This document shows, piece by piece, positions 19,403 to 28,179 of a DNA stretch of 64,000 nucleotides. Below the pieces are notes generated by a model, which was given only the letters and a program-made list of their open reading frames with translations, was not told where the DNA came from and searched no databases. How positions within the stretch are numbered: position 1 is the first letter of the stretch; each line of letters starts with the position of its first letter. Location of the stretch: IMG/VR virus record IMGVR_UViG_3300038360_000413, one strand, 5' to 3'. Position numbers and translations under genes: made by a program. This DNA is from a virus. Taxonomy: Duplodnaviria; Heunggongvirae; Uroviricota; Caudoviricetes.

Positions 19403-20059
19403 ATGAAAACAACAAGAAAACGTATTAATAAGCAAATTATTTTGCCCTTTTATATTGACCTTAACACTACGTTTGAAGGTCTTACTAGTGAAATTAAAAC
19501 TAACTTAGATAGAATTGAGAAAGAAGTAGCAGATCAAGGCTACGAAACAGCTAGTATTTGTTTAAAAACTGACTATGACGGTGGTTATGACGTAAATATA
19601 CACGGTATACGCTGGGAAACTGATGAAGAATTAGAAAAGCGTACCAAAACAAATGAAAAGAAAAGCATAGCGGCAAAAAAAGCTGCCAAGGTTAAAGCTA
19701 AAAAGAAAGAAGAAGCTGAACTTGAACTTTATAAAAAGCTACATAAAAAATTTGCAGGCGATCCAAATAACCCAAAAATAATAGTAGGGATAGCTCCCGA
19801 CAAAAATACTGCGAAGTACATGATACAAAAACAATACCCAACCATAACAAATTCATGGACACATCTTTTTAAACATATAACGGATGCTCGCCAATTTCGC
19901 GCAATAACGCACGCTTGGGAACTTCGCGGGTTTAGGGTTGACACATTAATATCTGAGGAAAGTGACAACGCACAAGTAAATGGGGACATAGACCTAATTT
20001 TAAACGAAATGATGGCTAAGGGCGGTACTCACATGATAATTCCAAAAGGAGATATATAA
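19403..20059 (+). CDS. hypothetical lysine-rich protein
   Basis: Start moved to first ATG after the tRNA. Confidence 0.4.
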   Translation: MKTTRKRINKQIILPFYIDLNTTFEGLTSEIKTNLDRIEKEVADQGYETASICLKTDYDGGYDVNIHGIRWETDEELEKRTKTNEKKSIAAKKAAKVKAKKKEEAELELYKKLHKKFAGDPNNPKIIVGIAPDKNTAKYMIQKQYPTITNSWTHLFKHITDARQFRAITHAWELRGFRVDTLISEESDNAQVNGDIDLILNEMMAKGGTHMIIPKGDI

Positions 20060-20259
20060 TGGCAGATTACTGCTGGCAATGCACTATAGATATGTTTGGT
20101 GTAAAAGGCTACAGAAACGATTTAACAAACCTATCTACAAAGGATGACACTGAAAACAAAAAATACGCCCTCACAATTTGTGAAGGATGCGGACCAATTC
20201 AAGTAGACCACACAGGCACTTGTATATCAAAAGATTGCTTGAAAAAGCATAATAAATAA
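20059..20259 (+). CDS. small Cys-rich protein
   Basis: 66-aa ORF with CxxC pairs. Confidence 0.35.
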   Translation: MADYCWQCTIDMFGVKGYRNDLTNLSTKDDTENKKYALTICEGCGPIQVDHTGTCISKDCLKKHNK

Positions 20260-20269
20260 AAGGAAAATA

Positions 20270-20434
20270 ATGGAAAACAATATTTTAACAGTTGCTCGAC
20301 TATGTTTTAATGCAATAGTCGGCACATGTGTATTGTTGTACGGATTAGAAATACAAGCCACATTATTAATTATAGTAGGCGCAAGTTCTCTAGCAGGACA
20401 CTTACTTGGATTTGTACAACAATTTGAAAAATAA
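20270..20434 (+). CDS. small hydrophobic protein (54 aa), not in ORF track
   Basis: ATG after AAAGGAAAATA; two hydrophobic helices; TAA stop at 20432. Confidence 0.3.
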   Translation: MENNILTVARLCFNAIVGTCVLLYGLEIQATLLIIVGASSLAGHLLGFVQQFEK

Positions 20435-20437
20435 ATT

Positions 20438-20456
20438 CCGGGCGGAATTCCGCCCA
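20438..20456 (+). terminator. GC hairpin (CCGGGCGGAATTCCGCCC), possible terminator
   Basis: Perfect palindrome immediately after the small ORF. Confidence 0.35.
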
Positions 20457-20460
20457 TTCT

Positions 20461-20533
20461 AGTGTGATGACCGGGGGCTAGGCATCTGGGTTTTGGAAAC
20501 CTGGATAGATGGGTTCGACGCCCATTCACGCTA
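20461..20533 (+). tRNA. tRNA-Pro (anticodon TGG), D-arm imperfect
   Basis: Acceptor AGTGTGA/TCACGCT, anticodon stem TGGGT/ACCTG, loop TTTGGAA, T-arm ATGGG-TTCGACG-CCCAT. Confidence 0.45.
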
Positions 20534-20557
20534 CAAATAAAATCAGAAAGGCATAAC

Positions 20558-20872
20558 ATGAGAAAAACAATAGATCTATACAGATTTAGAAAAGACGGTT
20601 CGCGAGTATTTAGTGGACGAGATCTCGGTGCATTTGCACGCAAAGCTTGTTACCTTCCAGCTATCGAATTTTTCTTCAAAGAAATAGTAATTGAACTACC
20701 TACAGATACAATAGCAATTAATCCTTCATTCTTTATAGCAATGTTTGGCCCTTCCGTAAAAAGGCTTGGCGAAGCTAAGTTTAAAAAGAAATATAACTTT
20801 GTTTGCTATAAAAGCATTGAACAGGATATTGAGGAAGGTATCAAAGACTGTTTAATGAGAAATAAAATATAA
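20558..20872 (+). CDS. hypothetical protein
   Basis: 104-aa ORF. Confidence 0.4.
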   Translation: MRKTIDLYRFRKDGSRVFSGRDLGAFARKACYLPAIEFFFKEIVIELPTDTIAINPSFFIAMFGPSVKRLGEAKFKKKYNFVCYKSIEQDIEEGIKDCLMRNKI

Positions 20873-21660
20873 TGAAACCTAGAACATTAGTCATGGGCGA
20901 TTTACATGGAGCTCTCAAAGCATTTAAACAATGCATGGAGCGCTGTGAATTCGACTATGAAAACGATACTCTTATATTTATAGGAGACGCGGCCGATGGC
21001 TGGTCCGATGTAGCAGAGGGCATAAATGAACTTCTAAAAATTAAAAACTTAGTATTCATTATGGGTAATCACGACGCATGGCTGCTCGGTTGGCTACAAT
21101 ATGGACAAGCTCCAGAGCTATGGCTAGAACAAGGCGGAGATGAAACAATAGCCAGCTATGTAATGGCTCCAGTCAAGTGGAGAGACAAACATAGATACTT
21201 TCTTGAGAATAAAACTAAACTATACCACATAGACGAACTTAATAATGTTTATGTGCACGGCGGTTTTCATCATAAATACCCCATATCCAAAGAATCAACA
21301 TATAATTTAATGTGGGATAGAACTCTTCTCAATGTTGCTCGTATATACGAAAAACAAGGACATAAGTTTGAAAACTACAGAATTATTTTTGTTGGACACA
21401 CAGCAACTACAGGAATAACAGGCGGCGACGAACCAACATTCTTTTCAAACCTGGTTATGACTGATACAGGCGCTGGATGGTTCGGAAAATTAACCGTTAT
21501 GGATGTTGAAACTTTCGAGTTTTGGCAATCAGACAAGGTCGAAGAACTCTATCCTGAAGAACATGTTGTACGAGTTGCAAAACGCAAAAAAAGAATGAAA
21601 GAAGAAGAGATGAAAGAAAATCTAAGATTCTTTTATGAAAATGAAATAAAGAAAAAGTAG
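20872..21660 (+). CDS. calcineurin-like metallophosphatase (Ser/Thr phosphatase or ApaH-like)
   Basis: GDLHG, GDAADGW, GNHD motifs in canonical order. Confidence 0.7.
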   Translation: MKPRTLVMGDLHGALKAFKQCMERCEFDYENDTLIFIGDAADGWSDVAEGINELLKIKNLVFIMGNHDAWLLGWLQYGQAPELWLEQGGDETIASYVMAPVKWRDKHRYFLENKTKLYHIDELNNVYVHGGFHHKYPISKESTYNLMWDRTLLNVARIYEKQGHKFENYRIIFVGHTATTGITGGDEPTFFSNLVMTDTGAGWFGKLTVMDVETFEFWQSDKVEELYPEEHVVRVAKRKKRMKEEEMKENLRFFYENEIKKK

Positions 21661-21661
21661 T

Positions 21662-21745
21662 GCTGATATTTCCTGAGAGGTCAAAAGGTTCTGATTTGTA
21701 ATCAGATGACGAAAGTCTTCGCAGGTTCGAATCCTGCTATCAGCC
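21662..21745 (+). tRNA. type-II-like tRNA (long variable arm) with anticodon read as TGT
   Basis: Acceptor GCTGATA/TATCAGC, 3-bp D-stem with large loop, anticodon stem TCTGA/TCAGA, loop TTTGTAA, 14-nt variable hairpin GAC-GAAA-GTC, T-arm GCAGG-TTCGAAT-CCTGC. Confidence 0.5.
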
Positions 21746-21766
21746 CAACAAATAAAAGGAACAAAA

Positions 21767-22222
21767 ATGAAAACATTAAACAAAATAATCTTCAACGCAA
21801 AAAAGCCCTCGGGTTATGATGAATACTTTTCTAATTTCGCAGATTCTCCTATTACAATTGATGATATTAAATACCCAACAGTAGAACATGCATTTCAGGC
21901 ACACAAAACCATCAGCCCAACATTGCGTGTTGAAATGGCACAAATGCCAACACCAGGAAAAGCTAAACGTGCGGGTCGCAGAGTAAGCCTTCGCCCAGAT
22001 TGGGAAGAAGTAAAATATGACGTAATGGTCGTTTGCCTAAGAGAAAAGTTCAAGATAGAACTTTACAAAAAAATATTACTCTGTACACAAGATGTTGAAA
22101 TCATAGAAGACGCTGCCCAGTGGAATGACACTGAGTGGGGAATTGGAAAAGACGGAAAAGGCAAAAACCTTTTAGGAAAAGCATTAATGCAAGTAAGAAA
22201 GGAACTAAATGAAAACAAGTAA
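21767..22222 (+). CDS. NADAR-domain protein (YbiA/DUF1768 family)
   Basis: YFSNF...YPTVEHAFQAHK motif typical of NADAR. Confidence 0.55.
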   Translation: MKTLNKIIFNAKKPSGYDEYFSNFADSPITIDDIKYPTVEHAFQAHKTISPTLRVEMAQMPTPGKAKRAGRRVSLRPDWEEVKYDVMVVCLREKFKIELYKKILLCTQDVEIIEDAAQWNDTEWGIGKDGKGKNLLGKALMQVRKELNENK

Positions 22223-22571
22223 AGCGTTTACAGTAATTGAATTAATACTCGTAATAACAATAGTAGGTATTATGGTTACAGTTGGATACCAAAAATTCTC
22301 AAAAGATAAACACAATCAAGAATCATCGACATATACAGAGTATATAGAGGATGAGTATCCTACCGAAGTATCTTCCACACTGCAGTCAGAATTTACTGTC
22401 GTTATTTATGATGAGCAATGGAACGAAACACATAGAGAAACGTTCATTGCTGGACATGCGTTAGTAGAGAAACATAAACTAACTCTTTCTGACAAAAGAA
22501 AAGGAAATATAATTCAGATAATGTATATCAAAGATGAAAATTGGAAACTAATAGAAAACAAAAAATATTAA
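22209..22571 (+). CDS. type IV pilin-like (prepilin N-terminus) protein
   Basis: N-terminus KAFTVIELILVITIVGIM resembles the class III signal/N-methyl-Phe pilin motif. Confidence 0.45.
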   Translation: MKTSKAFTVIELILVITIVGIMVTVGYQKFSKDKHNQESSTYTEYIEDEYPTEVSSTLQSEFTVVIYDEQWNETHRETFIAGHALVEKHKLTLSDKRKGNIIQIMYIKDENWKLIENKKY

Positions 22572-22578
22572 TTTAAAT

Positions 22579-22666
22579 GGATCTGTAAAGTATTAAGGCA
22601 GGTACCCCAGTCTGTAAAACTGGTCCCTTAGGGGTCGAGTGGGTTCAATTCCCTCCAGATTCACCA
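22579..22666 (+). tRNA. tRNA-Tyr (anticodon GTA), type II
   Basis: Acceptor GGATCTG/CAGATTC, anticodon stem CCAGT/ACTGG, loop CTGTAAA, long variable arm, CCA encoded. Confidence 0.65.
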
Positions 22667-22670
22667 TTTC

Positions 22671-22746
22671 GCTCTGGTAGCTCCAATGTTAGAGCAATCG
22701 GCTGATAACCGATAGGTTGGTAGTTCAAGTCTACCTCAGAGCACCA
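22671..22746 (+). tRNA. tRNA-Ile (anticodon GAT)
   Basis: Acceptor GCTCTGG/TCAGAGC, D-stem GCTC/GAGC, anticodon stem ATCGG/CCGAT, loop CTGATAA, T-arm GGTAG-TTCAAGT-CTACC, CCA encoded. Confidence 0.75.
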
Positions 22747-22762
22747 ATAACCAAAAACAAAC

Positions 22763-23119
22763 ATGAAAATTGATTTTAATCAAGTAATAACTAATGCTTT
22801 ATCAGCGTTAGTAACCCTAGTTCTTATAAGCGCTTTCGGAATGATGTGGCGCGGATATTCAACCATAGACACTTCTATAAGCCTAGCAACTGACGAAATA
22901 AAAAAGGCTGTAGAGGAGTTAACCAGTAATACCACATATACAGTCGAAGCAGTTGAACTAATAGAAGAAGAGCTAGCAAACCTTCATAATAGAATTGATA
23001 ATATTCCCACAGAAATATCGGAGGCAGAAGCTGAATCAGAAGTATTTTTCGAGGAAAGCTTCCAGGAACGTCCAAAGGAATATATACAACGTCAATTACC
23101 AAACCTAAAAAAGAAATAA
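22763..23119 (+). CDS. hypothetical protein (N-terminal TM, acidic C-terminus)
   Basis: 118-aa ORF. Confidence 0.4.
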   Translation: MKIDFNQVITNALSALVTLVLISAFGMMWRGYSTIDTSISLATDEIKKAVEELTSNTTYTVEAVELIEEELANLHNRIDNIPTEISEAEAESEVFFEESFQERPKEYIQRQLPNLKKK

Positions 23120-23132
23120 TATAGGATACAAA

Positions 23133-23402
23133 ATGCCTTATTTAAGTAGAACATTATGTTCGGTTCTCGATGAAATGAGGGCCTGCCATAAAACTAGAAA
23201 TTTTACATATTTACCAGGGCTTATCGAAGAGGCACAATCAATGGGAAACCGCATGGAAGCCGCTATCGAGGATAAGAATGATTTGGATACTTACCGAAGA
23301 CAAGGTAAGGCAGTAGAAAAGGAAAACAAAAAGCTTAGAAAAGAGCAAAAGGCTCTTCAAGAAGAAATCGAAAAGCTAAAGAAAAAGAAAGAAAAACCTT
23401 AA
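23133..23402 (+). CDS. hypothetical coiled-coil protein
   Basis: 89-aa ORF, K/E-rich C-terminus. Confidence 0.35.
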   Translation: MPYLSRTLCSVLDEMRACHKTRNFTYLPGLIEEAQSMGNRMEAAIEDKNDLDTYRRQGKAVEKENKKLRKEQKALQEEIEKLKKKKEKP

Positions 23403-23426
23403 CATAAACTTTTAGAAAGGAATTAC

Positions 23427-24590
23427 ATGTTTAAAACAATACCTAGCATCTTATGGAATGATTTTTATCAGTTCACAATGCAGAATGCTGTATTTCAACT
23501 ATTTCCTAACGTAATAAGCAGAGATCGACTCATCACTCGTGGTCATAAAATTAAATATGATGAGTTAATGGTAGGCGAATTAAAAAGGCACATTAGAAAC
23601 ATGTCAGAATTACGCTTACGTGCGCATGAATGTGTGTTTATGCATGCGCAAGGTATTTTTCCACATACTTACTTAGAATACTTAAATGGATATCAATACG
23701 ATCCAACTGAATTGGTAATTCAAAATATAGACGGCTACTTAGATATCTATTCAGAAGGATATACTTATAGCACTATGCTTTGGGAGACACCTATTTTGGC
23801 ACTAATCACTTGGTTAGGCTTAAAATATGATGAAACACAGCAAATGCCTTCCCAAGAAATAATTCGAAAAGAATCGCAGGAAAAAGCGAGTCGAATTAAA
23901 ATGGAAGGGTTGAAAGTTGCTGATTTTGGAGCACGCAGAGCGTTATCTCCAGAAATACATGCCAACGTGGTTGAAACTATGAAAAAATCTTTAGTTGGTA
24001 CCAGCAATGCTTACTTAGCCATGAAAAATGGAATCAAACCTATTGGCACGCAAGCACATAAATGGTATATGCTTAACGCAGCAATATACGGCTACAATAT
24101 GGCAAATCATTTCGGACTTGAAAATTGGGTAAAAGTATATGATGGCAATCTAGGAATAGCTTTACCTGACACATTTACCACACCGGTTTTTCTAGAACAA
24201 ATGACTACCAAACAAACAAAGTTATTTGATGGAATGCGCCAAGATAGTGCCAGTCCGACAAAAATTGGAGAGTCATATATTCGACACTATAAAGATCACC
24301 AGGTCGACCCTCTAACTAAAACTGCTATATTTTCTAATGCTCTTAATTTAGTAAAAGCCGTAGGACTAAGAGATTGGTTTGATGGTAAAATACAAACAGC
24401 ATTTGGAATGGGTGGGTTTCTTACAAACCATCTTGCAGGTATCAAAGTACCAAGCACAGTCTGGAAACTTTCAGAAGTAATGGTGCACGACAAATGGATA
24501 CCTGTGGTCAAACTATCAGATGATCCAGGAAAATATTCCGGAACAGTAGAAGAAATGCAGAGATGCAGAACAACATTGCGGTTAGATTAA
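23427..24590 (+). CDS. pncB: nicotinate phosphoribosyltransferase-like (NAPRTase family)
   Basis: N-terminus LWNDFYQFTMQNAVF matches the NAPRTase N-terminal signature (D-x-Y-K/Q-x-T-M); about 387 aa. Confidence 0.65.
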   Translation: MFKTIPSILWNDFYQFTMQNAVFQLFPNVISRDRLITRGHKIKYDELMVGELKRHIRNMSELRLRAHECVFMHAQGIFPHTYLEYLNGYQYDPTELVIQNIDGYLDIYSEGYTYSTMLWETPILALITWLGLKYDETQQMPSQEIIRKESQEKASRIKMEGLKVADFGARRALSPEIHANVVETMKKSLVGTSNAYLAMKNGIKPIGTQAHKWYMLNAAIYGYNMANHFGLENWVKVYDGNLGIALPDTFTTPVFLEQMTTKQTKLFDGMRQDSASPTKIGESYIRHYKDHQVDPLTKTAIFSNALNLVKAVGLRDWFDGKIQTAFGMGGFLTNHLAGIKVPSTVWKLSEVMVHDKWIPVVKLSDDPGKYSGTVEEMQRCRTTLRLD

Positions 24591-24604
24591 AATCGCACAA
24601 TTAT

Positions 24605-24707
24605 GCACGGTTGGCGCAATCCAAACGCAGCGGCCCGTAAAGCCGTCCCCTTTTAAATAGCTAGCTTACTTAAAGGGTTGGGGGTTAGAGTCCCTCGCCG
24701 TGCTCCA
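24605..24707 (+). tRNA. 103-nt type II tRNA-like gene (anticodon loop CCGTAAA, GTA) with about 30-nt variable arm
   Basis: Acceptor GCACGGT/GCCGTGC, anticodon stem GCGGC/GCCGT, T-arm GGGGG-TTAGAGT-CCCTC (non-canonical T-loop), variable hairpin CCCTTTTAA...TTAAAGGG, CCA encoded. Confidence 0.35.
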
Positions 24708-24711
24708 TTTT

Positions 24712-24803
24712 ACTCCTGTAGTTATAATTGGTAAAACGGCTGATTTATAATCAGTATAGCGTCAGATGAACGTGAGTTCCAGGTTCGAGTCCTGGTGGGA
24801 GTA
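24712..24803 (+). tRNA. type-II-like tRNA (23-nt variable arm) with anticodon read as TAT
   Basis: Acceptor ACTCCTG/TGGGAGT, anticodon stem GCTGA/TCAGT, loop TTTATAA, variable hairpin CGT-CAGATGA-ACG, T-arm CCAGG-TTCGAGT-CCTGG. Confidence 0.45.
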
Positions 24804-24824
24804 CAAACAAAGAAAGGAAACAAA

Positions 24825-24989
24825 ATGATTAAAGCACTGTTCAATGAACTGTATTTAATGACAACACCGATGCTAATGTTTATACATGAATTTTGTGGAG
24901 CATTTGCATTTGGGACATATGAGCAACGTATGCAAACATATGTATTGTGTATAGGCATATTTATGTTTAACATAGCAAAATCTAAATAA
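24825..24989 (+). CDS. small hydrophobic protein
   Basis: RBS AAAGGAAACAAA before ATG; 54 aa. Confidence 0.3.
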   Translation: MIKALFNELYLMTTPMLMFIHEFCGAFAFGTYEQRMQTYVLCIGIFMFNIAKSK

Positions 24990-24995
24990 AAAATT

Positions 24996-25083
24996 GGAGG
25001 CGTAAGCATAATTGGTACTGCACCGGTCTTGAAAACCGTTCAGGGTAACACCTGTGTGAGTTCAAGTCTCTCCGCCTCCGCCA
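24996..25083 (+). tRNA. tRNA-Ser (anticodon TGA), type II
   Basis: Acceptor GGAGGCG/CGCCTCC, loop CTTGAAA, long variable arm, T-loop TTCAAGT, CCA encoded. Confidence 0.65.
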
Positions 25084-25104
25084 ATTAACAAGAAAGGAAA
25101 CATA

Positions 25105-25413
25105 TTGAATACTTCAAAACTTCGCCGCACAATAATAGCAGTTTCGATTGTATTACTTATAATTAATAGTTTAATAATATTTACAAGAAATGAACCTATA
25201 GAGGATGAGTACTACGCACCAATACCTGAAGCTTATGAAATGCAGGTTGAAAATGCAGAAATTGAGCCTGTAAATATAACAGCAAATACAGACGAACCGG
25301 CGTCAACAGAATCAAGCGAAGATGATAACGAGGGATTTTTCTTCGGATTTAGCTTTTTTCAAATAATTATAGCCTGGTGGGCCATTAAAGCCGTTCTTAA
25401 ATTATCTAACTAA
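25105..25413 (+). CDS. membrane protein with acidic linker
   Basis: N- and C-terminal hydrophobic segments. Confidence 0.4.
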   Translation: MNTSKLRRTIIAVSIVLLIINSLIIFTRNEPIEDEYYAPIPEAYEMQVENAEIEPVNITANTDEPASTESSEDDNEGFFFGFSFFQIIIAWWAIKAVLKLSN

Positions 25414-25482
25414 ATCTAACGCACGAATTGGATACAATCCGGAAGGCACTCATGAGTGCTGACGTCTCCAACGTGCGACCAC

Positions 25483-25556
25483 GCACCTGTGGCGCAGCGG
25501 TCTAACGCAGCGGATTCTTACTCCGAAGATCGAAGGTTCAAATCCTTCCAGGTGCA
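25483..25556 (+). tRNA. tRNA-Lys (anticodon CTT)
   Basis: Acceptor GCACCTG/CAGGTGC, loop TTCTTAC, T-arm GAAGG-TTCAAAT-CCTTC. Confidence 0.5.
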
Positions 25557-25559
25557 CAT

Positions 25560-25701
25560 GGCTGAGTAGCGAAATTGGTACACGTTATGACCGGGTCAAC
25601 GTATGAGCATGCAAGCGCCCCGAGAACAACCTGTTGTTTAAAATATGTTTAGCGGCATATGGGACAATAGGAAGTTGAAGGTTCGAATCCTTCCTCGGCC
25701 A
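25560..25701 (+). ncRNA. 142-nt tRNA-like gene with an internal insertion of about 65 nt (or degenerate tRNA)
   Basis: Acceptor GGCTGAG pairs with CTCGGCC 142 nt downstream next to a perfect T-arm GAAGG-TTCGAAT-CCTTC; interior does not fold as a standard cloverleaf. Confidence 0.3.
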
Positions 25702-25726
25702 CACAAATAAATTAACCAACAACAGA

Positions 25727-26185
25727 ATGTACGATTCAGCACCAGATACAATAAAACATATAGCAAGAGTGAAGCACTTCATAGGTGCCATAGCACATGA
25801 GCTAACAAAAAGAGGAGTTCAACATGACGCCTCTAAATTACAATCTCCAGAAAAAGAAACGTTTGACGAACTAACTCCTAAACTAAAAGAATTAAAATAT
25901 GATTCTCCAGAATACCGAGAATCGTTAAAAGAATTAGGAACAGCTTTAGAACATCATTACAACGCCAATTCCCACCATCCAGAACATTACGAAAATGGAA
26001 TAGATGATATGAACTTATTAGATATAGTAGAAATGTTTTGCGATTGGGCAGCGGCAACGGAGAGAACAAAAGACGGAAACTTAGAAGTTTCCATTGAAAA
26101 AAATAAAATTAGATTTGGAATGTCTGATCAGTTAGTAAATATATTTAGAAATTCCATAGAGTTATTAAAAGACAATAATAAATAA
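25727..26185 (+). CDS. HD-domain phosphohydrolase
   Basis: H...HD...D motif (AIAHEL...VQHDASK). Confidence 0.5.
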   Translation: MYDSAPDTIKHIARVKHFIGAIAHELTKRGVQHDASKLQSPEKETFDELTPKLKELKYDSPEYRESLKELGTALEHHYNANSHHPEHYENGIDDMNLLDIVEMFCDWAAATERTKDGNLEVSIEKNKIRFGMSDQLVNIFRNSIELLKDNNK

Positions 26186-26192
26186 CAAAAAT

Positions 26193-26264
26193 AGTGCCGT
26201 AGCTGAGGGGTTTTAGCAATGGTCTTTTAAATCATCGACGTGGGTTCGATTCCCACCGGCGCTA
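26193..26264 (+). tRNA. tRNA-Lys (anticodon TTT)
   Basis: Acceptor AGTGCCG/CGGCGCT, anticodon stem ATGGT/ATCAT, loop CTTTTAA, T-arm GTGGG-TTCGATT-CCCAC. Confidence 0.65.
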
Positions 26265-26313
26265 CAAGTAGTATATTACTACTTCAAGAATAAATAACAA
26301 ATAAAGGAACAAT

Positions 26314-27078
26314 ATGAAAAAGATACTTTTGATTTGTGCAATACTGTTTGCATTTGTATCAGCTCAAACCACTACATTTAGCTTTCCAGCTATAGATACT
26401 TCAATATCTCGCGATATCGCAGTTACTGGTGACTTTGAGACATTTATAGATGTTACTAACAGTGATGCCCTTACCAATGATCTGGGCTATTTAGGCTTCC
26501 AACTTGAAGGAACTAATTGGAACCTCGGCCTCAATATTGAAAATCAGTTAGTTAACGTAGAAGAAGCCAATATCAGCCTTGGAATGTTTACAATGGGACT
26601 ACAGCCACTTCCTTACGGAAATGCTTGGGCCTTACATAGACCTTCTCAAAGCGATTTCTATTCAACTCCTAGAATGCACGACGTACAAACGGGAATTTTA
26701 GTAGGGGATAGGGACTTTGGAATCTTCTATCAGGACAACGACAATTATTGTTGGAGAATTGCTCCAAGTTTCAATGATTTTTTCTGGGTAGATACTATAC
26801 AGTTAGGATATTCCGATAGTGGCACAGAAGGTGTAGAAGCTATTTGGGATTTTAATACTGAAGCTACTCTTTTCAATATGACTGAAAAAGTTCAATTCGA
26901 ATATCTCGATGACGATTTTCTTTGGTACACAACTTCTGTACAACGTGGAAACATGGTAGGTATGTTCGGCGAAATGAACGACGAATCCCTCTGGGGACTT
27001 GGTTATCATTTTGGCGATGTATATCTTGTGTATGAAGATGGTGAATCTCAGATATTATCATTATCAGTAAGCTTCTAA
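26314..27078 (+). CDS. secreted protein (signal peptide)
   Basis: MKKILLICAILFAFVSAQ signal-like N-terminus. Confidence 0.45.
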   Translation: MKKILLICAILFAFVSAQTTTFSFPAIDTSISRDIAVTGDFETFIDVTNSDALTNDLGYLGFQLEGTNWNLGLNIENQLVNVEEANISLGMFTMGLQPLPYGNAWALHRPSQSDFYSTPRMHDVQTGILVGDRDFGIFYQDNDNYCWRIAPSFNDFFWVDTIQLGYSDSGTEGVEAIWDFNTEATLFNMTEKVQFEYLDDDFLWYTTSVQRGNMVGMFGEMNDESLWGLGYHFGDVYLVYEDGESQILSLSVSF

Positions 27079-27116
27079 AAGTTTTATAGCAGATACTTGA
27101 CAGAAGTCAGTCGCTA

Positions 27117-27150
27117 ATCCCGGTAGGTTCTGCCTATCGGGATTGCTTTA
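27117..27150 (+). terminator. rho-independent terminator (11-bp stem)
   Basis: ATCCCGGTAGG-TTCT-GCCTATCGGGAT then TTGCTTTA. Confidence 0.55.
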
Positions 27151-27151
27151 C

Positions 27152-27235
27152 GGTTCTGTGGCGTAATTGGCAGGCGCGCTGTGCTCAAAATGCAGTGTCC
27201 GAAAGGACGTGTGAGTTCAAGTCTCACCAGAATCA
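27152..27235 (+). tRNA. tRNA-Leu (anticodon CAA), type II
   Basis: Acceptor GGTTCTG/CAGAATC, loop CTCAAAA, variable hairpin GTCC-GAAA-GGAC, T-arm GTGAG-TTCAAGT-CTCAC. Confidence 0.65.
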
Positions 27236-27310
27236 CTAATTAATCAGAAAATAAATAACATGAAAAAGGAATATATCGCACTTTAACACCCTTAAATAGG
27301 AGAAGTTAAA

Positions 27311-27508
27311 GTGAAAAACAAAATGTACGAAGAGTTTGCATGGACTACTATTAATAGGCTATACAAAATACTCTATAAAAGAAAAGAATTCAGCCGCAGA
27401 AATATTAATTGTGATAGATGCCCATACCATGGCGGTTGGGAAAATGGCTCATTTATTCGTGATAGAAATTGGAAACGATTTAGAAAAACCAAACACCAGT
27501 ATAAATAA
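27311..27508 (+). CDS. small basic protein
   Basis: 65-aa ORF. Confidence 0.3.
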   Translation: MKNKMYEEFAWTTINRLYKILYKRKEFSRRNINCDRCPYHGGWENGSFIRDRNWKRFRKTKHQYK

Positions 27509-27509
27509 C

Positions 27510-27595
27510 GGCCGGGTGGTGAAACTGGTAGACGCACCGGACTTAAAATCCGACGGGCCTTTGTGCCCATACGAGTTCGAAGCTCGTCTCGGCCA
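27510..27595 (+). tRNA. tRNA-Leu (anticodon TAA), type II
   Basis: Acceptor GGCCGGG/CTCGGCC, loop CTTAAAA, long variable arm, T-arm ACGAG-TTCGAAG-CTCGT. Confidence 0.65.
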
Positions 27596-27874
27596 CTTTG
27601 AAAAGACCTATCCCATGACTTAGGTGTCGGAGGATACGCGATCTGTACTACAGACATGCTAAGCCCCACTAAATATCTGGTATCTCCAGAGGCCGCGAAC
27701 CTGTAGGCACCACTGAGCAACTAGCTGAAATGTATTAAGCCGTATAGTGTAGTGAGAGTGGGAATAATTGGCCCATAACATATAGTTGATAACGCGGGAT
27801 ACAACCTGTTATCTGTAAAATTCGCTATATGAATGATCAAGCGTAAAAAAGCCTTCATAGGTCTTTTCAACTAA

Positions 27875-27945
27875 TGCCCCGTGGTATAATGGTAGAACAC
27901 AAGGTTTTGGTCCTTGGGACAGCGGTTCGATTCCGCTCGGGGTTG
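27875..27945 (+). tRNA. tRNA-Gln (anticodon TTG)
   Basis: Anticodon stem CAAGG/CCTTG, loop TTTTGGT, T-arm AGCGG-TTCGATT-CCGCT; position 1:72 unpaired as in many Gln tRNAs. Confidence 0.6.
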
Positions 27946-27969
27946 CAAATAACATAATCAATAAACTAA

Positions 27970-28179
27970 GTGAAACATATTACAATAATAAATTTTAAAG
28001 AATTTTCTTCAGAACAATTAAAATTATTAAAAGCAACGACGAGAGAAGATGATTTTATTATAGAAATGAATGATTTTTTTAAACTATTGGAAACATTGAC
28101 AACTGAAAAAAGGAAAGAATTAGAATGGAAACTCAAACACATAAAATTAAATGTGAAACAATGGGTCGGAAACGATTAG
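27970..28179 (+). CDS. hypothetical protein (overlaps next ORF by 55 nt in another frame)
   Basis: 69-aa ORF ending in TAG. Confidence 0.3.
   Translation: MKHITIINFKEFSSEQLKLLKATTREDDFIIEMNDFFKLLETLTTEKRKELEWKLKHIKLNVKQWVGND

Noticed and set aside
25560-25701. Group I intron inside the insert-bearing tRNA
   Set aside because: The insertion is only about 65 nt, far below the minimal group I intron size, and no P/Q/R/S-like elements are visible.
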